From NCBI GenBank assembly GCA_963792965.1, contig CAWBYW010000007.1:416001-480000 (forward strand): a stretch of DNA of 64,000 nucleotides, read 5' to 3'. The translations under genes were made by a program, and so were the position numbers. The stretch comes from an uncultured delta proteobacterium. Its GTDB lineage: Bacteria > Desulfobacterota > Zymogenia > Zymogenales > Zymogenaceae. Below the pieces are notes generated by a model. The model saw nothing but the letters and a program-made list of their open reading frames with translations, made no database searches and had not been told where the DNA came from. Of the stretch, positions 19,847 to 28,103 are shown piece after piece; within the stretch, counting starts at the first letter, position 1, and each line of letters starts with the position of its first letter.

Positions 19847-19880
19847 TTGACATTAGCTATATCAGTCTGATATATAGCAT
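19847..19880 (+). promoter_or_regulatory. Putative promoter with perfect 8-1-8 palindromic operator
   Basis: TTGACA at 19847; TATATCAG-T-CTGATATA at 19858-19874. Confidence 0.65.
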
Positions 19881-19935
19881 ACTATCATATAGATCTCTTG
19901 TCAGATGTCAAAGGACGATACGGAGGAGTAGTGAC

Positions 19936-20814
19936 ATGAAGCTGACTTTCAGGGTCTTCATCCCGTTTCTGGTGGGCGTGGCGATCGCCGTGCTCCTCTA
20001 CGAAACGACGGGGTGGTGGAAATTTCTCTTTCTCTTTACCTGGATCGGCGGCTGGATCACCGCGGGGGCCATCGTGGCCGCCTACCGGAAGGGGCTCAAG
20101 CGCGACATCGGCAGGAGGATCTCCATCCTCGTCATCGGCCTTACGCTACTGATATTTTTGGGCGTCTTTGAGCACGAGAACCTCCAGATCGAGGAGACCG
20201 TCTTTTACCTTGCGTTCTTTTTGGCCGGGGGCGCGTTTACGCGGGTGCTCATCCACTATGCGGTGGCCAAGGTCTTCGGACCGCTGCTTTTCCGGAGGGG
20301 GTTTTGCGGATGGGCCTGCTGGACGGCCGGGATACTGGAGTGGCTGCCGATCAAGGGCAACCCGCCGATCCCCACAAAATGGACCTACCTGCGCTGGCCG
20401 GTGCTCGTCGTTTCGCTCGCGATACCGCTCGGTTTCCTTTTCCACGGCTACGACTACATGACCCTTCACATCGACCCGACGCTCGGCAAGTGGGGGCAGT
20501 TCCACTGGTTTCTGATCAGCAACGCGCTCTATTTCGTCAGCGCCATCGGCCTTGCCTTTGCCTTCGGGAAAAAGAGGGCCTTCTGCAAGGTCCTGTGCCC
20601 GGTCTCGCTGGTCATGAAGGTCCCCTCCTCCGTCGGCCGCCTCACCAGACGCCCCACCGGCGAAAAATGCACCGAATGCGGCGCCTGCAACAAGGTCTGC
20701 CCGATGGACGTGGACGTGATGGGCGATATCAGCAAAGGCGCGCGCGTCCGCTCCACGGAGTGCATCCTCTGCAACCAGTGCAAGAACGTCTGCCCGGTAA
20801 GGGCGATTGCGTGA
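19936..20814 (+). CDS. Membrane 4Fe-4S binding protein (NapH/MauN/YccM-like)
   Basis: GGAGGAG RBS; TM helices, RGFCGWAC, RAFCKVLCP, two CxxCxxCxxxCP ferredoxin motifs. Confidence 0.92.
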   Translation: MKLTFRVFIPFLVGVAIAVLLYETTGWWKFLFLFTWIGGWITAGAIVAAYRKGLKRDIGRRISILVIGLTLLIFLGVFEHENLQIEETVFYLAFFLAGGAFTRVLIHYAVAKVFGPLLFRRGFCGWACWTAGILEWLPIKGNPPIPTKWTYLRWPVLVVSLAIPLGFLFHGYDYMTLHIDPTLGKWGQFHWFLISNALYFVSAIGLAFAFGKKRAFCKVLCPVSLVMKVPSSVGRLTRRPTGEKCTECGACNKVCPMDVDVMGDISKGARVRSTECILCNQCKNVCPVRAIA

Positions 20815-20833
20815 GAGGAAAGGATGAGATAGA

Positions 20834-20885
20834 GGAGCCCCTCCCCTACCACGAGCGGGACGAGATACTGAAGGTGTTTGAATGA
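20834..20885 (+). repeat. Direct repeat R1 copy c
   Basis: GGAGCCCCTCCCCTACCACGAGCGGGACGAGATACTGAAGGTGTTTGAATGA. Confidence 0.95.
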
Positions 20886-20886
20886 T

Positions 20887-21777
20887 TCAATGCCAATGAG
20901 AGATAATGCCTTCCCAATTCATAAGAGGTTCTGGAATTCTTAAACAGTCTGAAAAAATCATTACCTCTTGACCCATACGGCTTTCCCGAGCGCTATACCC
21001 AAGCTTATAGTTGAAGCCGTTCCGACCCTCATAAAGCTTTCGCACGTAATCAAAATAGTCATAGGTGACTACCCATGGGTTTAGTATCTTCTCTTGAACG
21101 ATACGAGCTATAGCTATGTGATCTGATAACGTGTAGAAGTTTTCGTACAGATGTTGCCCCTTTTCGTAATACGGAGGATCAAGGTACACGAATGTCTTCT
21201 CCGGCAACTTAGGAAGGACTCTATCTAGAAATTCCTCAGCATCATAATTAAAAACAGTTATTTTGTGTCTGTGATCGGCAATATTCCGAATTCTTCGGAG
21301 TAGTTCTTCCTTATTAAAACGTGCGTCAATCTTCCAATGACCTGATTGCGATCGCCCGCCAATCATTCCAGCGTTCAACACCCCAGAATGGTTCGTTCTA
21401 TTAAGAAAAAATAGCGCAAACCCGACTTCCTCGATGGCATAGTCCTTAGGATTTAAAAGAATTGACTTCTTGTCATCCCACACCACCGGTGTAACTGGTG
21501 TATCGCTAAGTTTTCTACAGAACTCATCGGGTTTTTCGAGGATTGCACGCCAGAAGCAGTATAATGGGTAACTGATATCATTAAGATATATATGCTTCAC
21601 ATATTCGGTGAGCAAGAGTGCCAAAGCTACGCCTGCACCGCCAGCGAAAGGCTCGGCATAATGAGAATCGCAGAGCCTATTCTCACGCAATAATCCTCTG
21701 AAGATCCAGTTAAGTTTGCCCTTGCCGCCTGGGTAACGCAACGGGGAGTAGTAGTAAGACGTGGTATCTGCGCTCAC
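20887..21777 (-). CDS. DNA adenine methyltransferase (D12 class, Dam-like)
   Basis: SPLRYPGGK, EPFAGG, YLND, FLNRT, YLDPPY; AT-richer than flanks. Confidence 0.93.
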   Translation of the reverse strand: MSADTTSYYYSPLRYPGGKGKLNWIFRGLLRENRLCDSHYAEPFAGGAGVALALLLTEYVKHIYLNDISYPLYCFWRAILEKPDEFCRKLSDTPVTPVVWDDKKSILLNPKDYAIEEVGFALFFLNRTNHSGVLNAGMIGGRSQSGHWKIDARFNKEELLRRIRNIADHRHKITVFNYDAEEFLDRVLPKLPEKTFVYLDPPYYEKGQHLYENFYTLSDHIAIARIVQEKILNPWVVTYDYFDYVRKLYEGRNGFNYKLGYSARESRMGQEVMIFSDCLRIPEPLMNWEGIISHWH

Positions 21778-23201
21778 ATTGACCTCCAGATACGATCAAG
21801 GAATGTCGAATATGTATCCCAAATACTAATTATATCATTCGGGATAAGAGTCTGGTTCAAGTTATGAACCATATCGTGAATACTGTCTGGGTGCGATAGC
21901 TTATCTTGGCCACCTAACACTTTCTTCAAGGTTGCTATCTCTCGACTACCCAGTATTGCTTTTACCCCCGCGTCCTTAATAACAGCGTCGATCCTTTCTC
22001 TAAGGCTAACTCTGCTCCAGCCTTTAGGGCCTTGATATGTAAGCCCTTTATCTCGGATGTATGTATCAACACTGACCTCTATAAATGTGCGAACCAGAAG
22101 AATTGCTGCATTGGGATATAGCGGCTTACCCTTCAACTCGCGGACAGGAAGTCTTCTTAATTCCTCGAATACTTGGCGAGCCCGGATGTGTTTCTTACCG
22201 TCAATGGGAATAATAAATCCAGGCATAACAACTGTCGTGCGATTCCTAGGGTCCATGTATCTGGACTTAGCACCAACTACACTCGTCGGTCGTTGTGATG
22301 TAGGAGATTGTGTAGTCGAAGCGGCTGATACTTTCTTAGGCTCTTGAAGAGTTTTTGAATGATCAGGAACTTCATCCGTCCCGAATTCATCAAAATAATC
22401 CCTTCTTTTCTCTTTGTTGATAACATGGCCCACTTTTCGGTGTCCTGTACCGAAATCTTCGATGATTTTCGTTAGTGACTTAGCAGCCTCCTCTCGATCT
22501 ATCAGAAACTCAATGTCTCCTTCTTCGTCTTTACCCAACCCAAGGAATTCCAAGGAGTCTCTGTCAGTTAGTAGTCTTTGCAGAGTCGTAATCGGGAACG
22601 TGTCACTGCCCGCAATCTGACGTGTTTGCTCATTAAAGAGAGGTGAGTCCTGAACAAAACTGAGTATATCAAGAGCGTTCTTGTTCCTCGACTTACTACC
22701 GGCGTGTCGCTGTTCGTGCCTAGCCTTCTGAATTGCGTCCCAAGAAACGACTCCAGCACCACCGGCCTCGTTAAGATGTTTCAGCTCTATAAAATGATCT
22801 GCATCCTCCCTTTTATTATAGAGGACGCATTGAACTGATTTCAAAGGGATATACCCTTTAGGGATAGCTTCTCTAAATCTCTCTCTCCACTTTCTTGTCG
22901 GAGCTATATCTGGATTGTAAAGTAACTTTAGTGCAGCGACACGTCGGTTACCTTCGATTGTGATATAAGTATCGGGTCGACTATCATTTCTTACGATCGT
23001 TATCCTTTCGGCAGGGTCTAATCCAAATTCCGAAATATCTTTAGATAGCTTTAGGAGTTTCCCTCCCATCTTCCCGTGACCACTTGTCAGCCACTCCATT
23101 ATTTCAGCTTGCGACTCAATATAGGAATGCCGAGGATTTTCTGAATCGAGCTCCAACATCGCTATTGGGATCTCGACGTCCGTATATAATTTTATTGCCA
23201 T
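21774..23201 (-). CDS. Hypothetical protein with ParB/Srx-like N-terminus and HEPN-like helical C-terminus
   Basis: LDSENPRH and IEGNRRVAALKLL; C-terminal LLVRTFIEVSVD...HDMVHN; 4-bp overlap with methylase; AT-rich. Confidence 0.7.
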   Translation of the reverse strand: MAIKLYTDVEIPIAMLELDSENPRHSYIESQAEIMEWLTSGHGKMGGKLLKLSKDISEFGLDPAERITIVRNDSRPDTYITIEGNRRVAALKLLYNPDIAPTRKWRERFREAIPKGYIPLKSVQCVLYNKREDADHFIELKHLNEAGGAGVVSWDAIQKARHEQRHAGSKSRNKNALDILSFVQDSPLFNEQTRQIAGSDTFPITTLQRLLTDRDSLEFLGLGKDEEGDIEFLIDREEAAKSLTKIIEDFGTGHRKVGHVINKEKRRDYFDEFGTDEVPDHSKTLQEPKKVSAASTTQSPTSQRPTSVVGAKSRYMDPRNRTTVVMPGFIIPIDGKKHIRARQVFEELRRLPVRELKGKPLYPNAAILLVRTFIEVSVDTYIRDKGLTYQGPKGWSRVSLRERIDAVIKDAGVKAILGSREIATLKKVLGGQDKLSHPDSIHDMVHNLNQTLIPNDIISIWDTYSTFLDRIWRSM

Positions 23202-23302
23202 CCCTATTTCCTCAATAAAATATATTGCGTCCTCTATTGTCCGATATTTCTTCTAGACGCCAACTTGTTAATTACTAATTATACTATATAAGATGTAAAA
23301 TC

Positions 23303-23366
23303 AATAGAAAACCCGCCTTTCTGCGGTCTTTTTTGTGCGCGGTTTAGGTGAAACGGGGCTACATGC
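23303..23366. repeat. Repeat R2 copy a: degenerate copy of transglycosylase gene 3' end and terminator
   Basis: AATAGAAAACCCGCCTTTCTGCGGTCTTTTTTGTGCGCGGTTTAGGTGAAACGGGGCTACATGC aligns with 24000-24063. Confidence 0.85.
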
Positions 23367-23549
23367 TCCTATTTAATATTTTGGGTTAATATCGAAGGAA
23401 ATCCGTACGTAACTGTTAGATACTATAGAGGAAAGGAGCACAGAGTCACCTCATCTGCTCGCATGAAGAATCACGATAGACATTAATCTGATAACGTGAT
23501 ATTTTATAGTAAAGAACGAGGAGAGACTGGTCCACCGTTGGAGGCAGGT

Positions 23550-23921
23550 ATGGCTGAAAAGGTAAGCAGGCGTGAGGCGATGAAACGCATTGCCAAGGGG
23601 ATCGTAGCGCTTGGCGCTATCGGTGTCGTGGGCATCGCCGAGAAGGCTCATGGCGAGTCATACAACAACTATTACAACTACTACAACACCCACCTCTTTT
23701 ACGCCAACTCAAATTTCTACTCCAACTATCAGGATTACGGCAACCACAATAGCGAGGGTGGGTACCCTAACTATGTAAATAAGTATGATAACTACGTGAA
23801 CGGCTATTCTGATGTGTATAGCAACTATGCCAATCTCTATGATGACTACTACTGGCATAACAGGCAATACAATGACGGCGGCTACTACCGCTACCATCGT
23901 TACAATTACAATGACTTCTAA
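23550..23921 (+). CDS. Twin-arginine-leader Tyr/Asn-rich repeat peptide
   Basis: GGAGG RBS; MAEKVSRREAMKRIAKG + hydrophobic stretch + AHG; mature part made of Y-x-N/D triplets. Confidence 0.85.
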   Translation: MAEKVSRREAMKRIAKGIVALGAIGVVGIAEKAHGESYNNYYNYYNTHLFYANSNFYSNYQDYGNHNSEGGYPNYVNKYDNYVNGYSDVYSNYANLYDDYYWHNRQYNDGGYYRYHRYNYNDF

Positions 23922-23999
23922 AAGAGAAACGATGACGACACGAAAGGGATAGAGCCAAAAGACGTTGCTCATCTCCGAGACTCACTCATGATCTCACAT

Positions 24000-24063
24000 A
24001 ATAAAAAACCCGCCTTTCGGCGGGTTTTTTGTGCACGGTATGGACGAAACGGGGGCTACATGC
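24000..24063. repeat. Repeat R2 copy b (native transglycosylase stop codon and terminator)
   Basis: AATAAAAAACCCGCCTTTCGGCGGGTTTTTTGTGCACGGTATGGACGAAACGGGGGCTACATGC. Confidence 0.85.
24003..24030. terminator. Bidirectional intrinsic terminator
   Basis: AAAAAACCCGCC-TTTC-GGCGGGTTTTTT between convergent genes. Confidence 0.9.
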
Positions 24064-24772
24064 CCTGGGTCTTGATCCTCTCGTAATTACCCATGACTCT
24101 ATTCACATAATCGTCCGGCAGCTTGTAGCCGAGCTTTTGCATCTGATCCACGAACCCCGGCCCGCAGTTGTAGGCAACCAGCGCCAGCCGCAGGTCCTTG
24201 TACCTCAGCAGCATCTCAAAGAGATAGTACATCCCCATCCTGACGTTCACGTCGGGGCTGTTGAGCGTATCGTTACCCTGCCAGGGCAGGTTCACCTCGT
24301 AGGCGATTTCCCGGCCCGTCGTCGGCATCAGCTGCATCAGGCCCCGGGCGCCCACGTTGGACACCGCGTCATGCTTAAAGGCGCTCTCCGTCTGGATGAT
24401 CGCCAGGATGAACGCGGGGTCGTACCCGTATTTCATCGACTCAAAATAGATCAGTGATGCAAGCTCCCGCTCCTCCGTCTGGGTCAGGCCCGTGTTGTAG
24501 GAGTGGATATAGTCGTAGATCGAAAAACCACCCATCCCAGCCGTCGATCCGTCTTTCCCAAGGAAACCGCTCGACACGAGCTTCTCCATCGGAACCGGCG
24601 CGCTCTTCGTAGTGACAAGCGCTCCCGGCACCGTGGTCGAAACGACGGTGAGGGCTACCAGGATCACTAAGACAGCCTGGGCTATCCTTTTTTCTCTTTC
24701 CTTTTTCAGATACCGTACACACTTCTTTAAAAAATTCAACTTTCTTTTCGACTTCAAACAGCACCTCTTCAA
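24056..24772 (-). CDS. Lytic transglycosylase (SLT domain), membrane anchored; start uncertain
   Basis: IIQTESAF, GARGLMQLMP, ALVAYNCGPG. Confidence 0.92.
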   Translation of the reverse strand: MKRCCLKSKRKLNFLKKCVRYLKKEREKRIAQAVLVILVALTVVSTTVPGALVTTKSAPVPMEKLVSSGFLGKDGSTAGMGGFSIYDYIHSYNTGLTQTEERELASLIYFESMKYGYDPAFILAIIQTESAFKHDAVSNVGARGLMQLMPTTGREIAYEVNLPWQGNDTLNSPDVNVRMGMYYLFEMLLRYKDLRLALVAYNCGPGFVDQMQKLGYKLPDDYVNRVMGNYERIKTQGM

Positions 24773-25117
24773 AACCCTATAAAGAAAATCCCGTGGGGAC
24801 CATAGCCACCGGTCCTCCGGGCGTCAGATGGAAAAAGACATTAATTACCTATAATGTTATCTCAATTATACATTACTATTATTATATACGCAATAGTTAT
24901 ATCACATTTTATACATAATATATTTCACTGCGCCTCTTGACACAAATTTTCGTTAATGTAACCACTGATCGCCTCGATGTCAAGGGCAAAACCATATAAT
25001 TATATTTCAATAATATATCATTATCACTATATGAATCATAATTGCCATTAACTATGCAATAATTTCTCCTCACCGTGTCCCTTTTGGTTTCTTTGCCTTT
25101 CAAACACGGATAGCGAC

Positions 25118-25154
25118 TGAGATTGCCGCGTCGCGCTTTGCTCCTCGCAATGAC
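25118..25154. repeat. Palindromic intergenic element (GAGATTGC...GCAATGAC type)
   Basis: GAGATTGCCGCGTCGCGCTTTGCTCCTCGCAATGAC resembles a dispersed REP/MITE-like hairpin; single copy in window. Confidence 0.45.
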
Positions 25155-25252
25155 GGGACGGCGTTACCGCCGATGCCTCCCGGCCGCTACGTCATAATCA
25201 CGCGGCGCCACGAATCATCTATCTTCCCACCACCTCACTCCGTCAATAGCGC

Positions 25253-25276
25253 GGGCACGACGTGCCGTGCCCCTGC
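25253..25276. repeat. Degenerate GTAG-type REP-like palindrome
   Basis: GGGCACGACGTGCCGTGCCCCTGC similar to the elements at 17952 and 18057. Confidence 0.5.
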
Positions 25277-25338
25277 GGCTCCCGTCCAATTAATCACCGC
25301 ATTACTTCGCCCTGCCCGGCAAAACCACTACAAAACCG

Positions 25339-25367
25339 TTGACCGAAAGAATACCTTCTGCTACAAT
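25339..25367 (+). promoter_or_regulatory. Sigma70-type promoter of purC (leaderless arrangement)
   Basis: TTGACC-17 nt-TACAAT, ATG 6 nt downstream. Confidence 0.7.
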
Positions 25368-25373
25368 TTTCTC

Positions 25374-26268
25374 ATGGAACAGCCACTCACCCACATCGAC
25401 ATCTCGGGCAAAAAGCCCGACTACTCCGGCAAGGTCAGGGAGATCTTCGACCTCGGCGACCGGCTCATCATCGTGGCGACCGACCGCCTCTCGGCCTTTG
25501 ACGTCGTCTTTTCCCAGGGCATCCCCGAGAAGGGGAAGATCCTCACCGAGATCTCGAACATCTGGTTTTCGCTCCTGACGTTTGTCGAAAACCATATCAT
25601 AGAGACCGACGTCGACAAATTCCCCGCCCCCTTCACCGGGCAGGGACGAGCTCCGCGATCGCTCGGTGCTGGTCACCAAGGCGCGGCGCATCGACGTGGA
25701 GTGCATCGTGCGCGGGTATCTGGCCGGCTCCGGCTTCAAGGACTATCAGAAGACGGGCATGGTCTCGGGCCATAAGCTGCCCGCGGGCCTGAAGCTTGCC
25801 CAGCGCCTCCCCGAGCCGATCTTCACTCCCTCCACCAAGGCAGACGCCGGCCACGACGAAAACATCACGACGGCTCAGGTCAAAGACCTCATCGGGGCAG
25901 ATCTCTCCTCGCGCATCGAGGAGCTCTCCCTTTCCATCTACCGGTTTGCCCACGACAAGCTCTTCAGAAAGGGCGTCATCCTTGCCGACACGAAGTTCGA
26001 GTTCGGCATGAGCGACGGCACGGTCCTCCTCATCGACGAGGCCCTCACCCCCGATTCATCGCGCTTCTGGCCCACCGACTCCTACCGCGTCGGGGAATCG
26101 CCGGCAAGCTACGACAAGCAGTTCGTCCGGGATTTTCTCGAATCGATCGACTGGGACAAGAACCCGCCCGCGCCCCAACTCCCCAACGCGATCGTGGCCG
26201 GGACGAGGGAAAAGTACCTCGAAATCCTCTCGATCATCAGGAAGATAAAGGAGGGGGACGGCGCATAG
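25374..26268 (+). CDS. purC: SAICAR synthetase, frameshifted near 25645
   Basis: [16 protein letters not shown]; second frame [42 protein letters not shown]. Confidence 0.95.
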
Positions 26269-26331
26269 ACCGTCCCCTTATAGAGGGTGACCGCAGCCGG
26301 TCACGTGTGGACAAAAAGTCGATCGAGTCGA

Positions 26332-26826
26332 TCAATGCCGGTCGTGTTTCTTCCCGGCGTCCGCCGCATCTCCCTTCCCCGAACGTGCGCCCCCGCCCGT
26401 GAACAGGAATAGATAGCCCTCAAAGAGAAAAAAGGCCACGGTCATGATGATCATCTGGCTTGCCGTCACCGACAGCGCTAAGATCAGGAACCCGGCCTTT
26501 TCGAGTATCGAGATCATCAACCCCACCGACACCCCCGTCACCACGGCGTAGCACCAGCCGGAGAGCAAGAGGTACCGCCTCCCAAAGAAATAGAGGGGCA
26601 GCGCCCCCACGGTGCTCATGATCGGCATGAAGACGAGGTCCCAGATGCCGGCATAGGGCGACAGGAGGTTTGCCACGAAGCAGCCGATGGGGACAAAGAA
26701 GATCAGATGGGGGCGCGCGGCCACCAGTATCACGAGCGCCTCGCTCACGCGAAACTGGATCGGCCCGTAGGCGATCGGGGCCACAAGGTACGTGAGGGCC
26801 ACGTAGAGCGCCGAGATCACCGCCAC
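26332..26826 (-). CDS. queT: QueT family queuosine-precursor transporter
   Basis: AVISALYVALT...YGPIQFRVSEAL, GCFVANL; AGGAGG before GTG. Confidence 0.82.
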   Translation of the reverse strand: MAVISALYVALTYLVAPIAYGPIQFRVSEALVILVAARPHLIFFVPIGCFVANLLSPYAGIWDLVFMPIMSTVGALPLYFFGRRYLLLSGWCYAVVTGVSVGLMISILEKAGFLILALSVTASQMIIMTVAFFLFEGYLFLFTGGGARSGKGDAADAGKKHDRH

Positions 26827-27094
26827 GTCGGTGATCCTCCTGACCCCCGACGGGATGCGGGTATGTGCAGTATCTATGGTAATGGTTAGTTAGTCCGTTG
26901 TTGTAATATGAAGCGTCGACAGCCCCCGCCGCCTAATGACGCGGCGCCGGCCGATCGAATCCCTCTCTTGATATCGCCGGGGGAGTGGCTTTCGATTATT
27001 CTCGGACGTTGGTGTCTCTTGGCTCCCGGGAAAATGAACGATTCCCCGGTTCTGTAGCCGGGACCCACGCATGCATCGCGCACGCGGGCACTGA

Positions 27095-28099
27095 TTACGA
27101 GACGGCCGGCTTTATGTACGACTCACCTCCGATGACCTCCATCTCGCCGCAGATCGTCCGCTCCACAAGGTCGCGCATGATCTCGCCGATATTGTCGCGG
27201 GTGATCCAGTTCTTGTGCAGGTAGTTTGCGCCTGCGTCGAGTATCTCTTTCATCTCGCGCTGGAGCGACGTGACGGCGATCGTCAGGATCGGGGGGTTCT
27301 GGCCGCGGGCGGCCCTGATGACCTCCATGCCGCCGGTCCCCTCCATGACGATATCGGTGAAGATGAGGTCGGGCCGAACTTTCATCTCGGGAGAGTTGAT
27401 CAGCCTCACCGCCTCCGCCCCGTTCTTCAACGTCTTTATGATCAGCACGTCTTTATAGAGGTTATCGAGGATATCCTTGATGATCTTGGTCATAAACTCG
27501 CTGTCGTCGATGACGAGGGTCTTGATCTTGACGAAGGTGATGGCGCGCTTGATCATGAGGGACGACAGCGCCGTGTAAGCCTCCCAGTCCGTCATGGAGG
27601 TCGTGTTCACGAGGCTGTTGACGAAGATCCCCTCGGCGGGTATGGAGCTGTATAGTTCCTTTTCCTTATCGTTCAGGTCGAAGCTCCCCTCGGCCCTCGT
27701 GATCTTATAGATCGGGAGGATCCTCTTCTTTATCTTGGCCTTTTCGTCCTTCTGCCTCAGCCCTTCCAGGAGGAGATGGGAGACCTCGAGGTCTATGTTG
27801 ATCCTCTCCGGATCGATCTCGGTCATGTCGTAGGCCTGGAAGCGGGCGTCCTCCCACTCGATCATGCGGAAGAACGCCTTCTTGCCGGTCAGCTCATCGC
27901 CCACGAAGGCGCCCACGATCCGGGAGTTTTCAAAATAGAGCCTCCCCTCGTTGCCCTCGATGGAGTAAAGCGTGATCAGCATCCGCTTGTTTGCGGATAT
28001 CCCCTGTATCAGGCTGACCAGAGAGAGGGCGGTAAAATTTCCCTCTATCTGGGGGACTTTTCCCTCTAAGTCATTCATCAATGGCCTCGAACTTGTCAT
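27095..28099 (-). CDS. DUF4388 (PATAN-like) plus C-terminal receiver domain protein
   Basis: IEGNFTALSLVSLIQ...GRLYF...LLLEGLRQKDE; receiver LVIDDS, DLIFTDIVM, YLHK. Confidence 0.8.
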   Translation of the reverse strand: MTSSRPLMNDLEGKVPQIEGNFTALSLVSLIQGISANKRMLITLYSIEGNEGRLYFENSRIVGAFVGDELTGKKAFFRMIEWEDARFQAYDMTEIDPERINIDLEVSHLLLEGLRQKDEKAKIKKRILPIYKITRAEGSFDLNDKEKELYSSIPAEGIFVNSLVNTTSMTDWEAYTALSSLMIKRAITFVKIKTLVIDDSEFMTKIIKDILDNLYKDVLIIKTLKNGAEAVRLINSPEMKVRPDLIFTDIVMEGTGGMEVIRAARGQNPPILTIAVTSLQREMKEILDAGANYLHKNWITRDNIGEIMRDLVERTICGEMEVIGGESYIKPAVS

Positions 28100-28103
28100 A
28101 TGG

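Noticed and set aside
19101-20885. R1 repeats as a CRISPR array
   Set aside because: Spacing is 0.5-1.1 kb with whole genes between copies, the repeat is a coding gene tail, and no cas genes are present.
20304-20885. 193-aa ORF ending in the same C-terminus as the AIR-synthase-like protein
   Set aside because: It is an alternate frame of the 4Fe-4S gene that runs into R1c; only the last ~24 codons are considered plausible.
19101-24063. Classical integron or prophage
   Set aside because: No intI or phage genes, the repeats lack attC palindromic RYYYAAC/GTTRRRY structure, and cargo orientation is mixed.
26830-27090. preQ1 riboswitch upstream of queT
   Set aside because: No short stem with GTTC-type loop and downstream A-rich tail could be identified.
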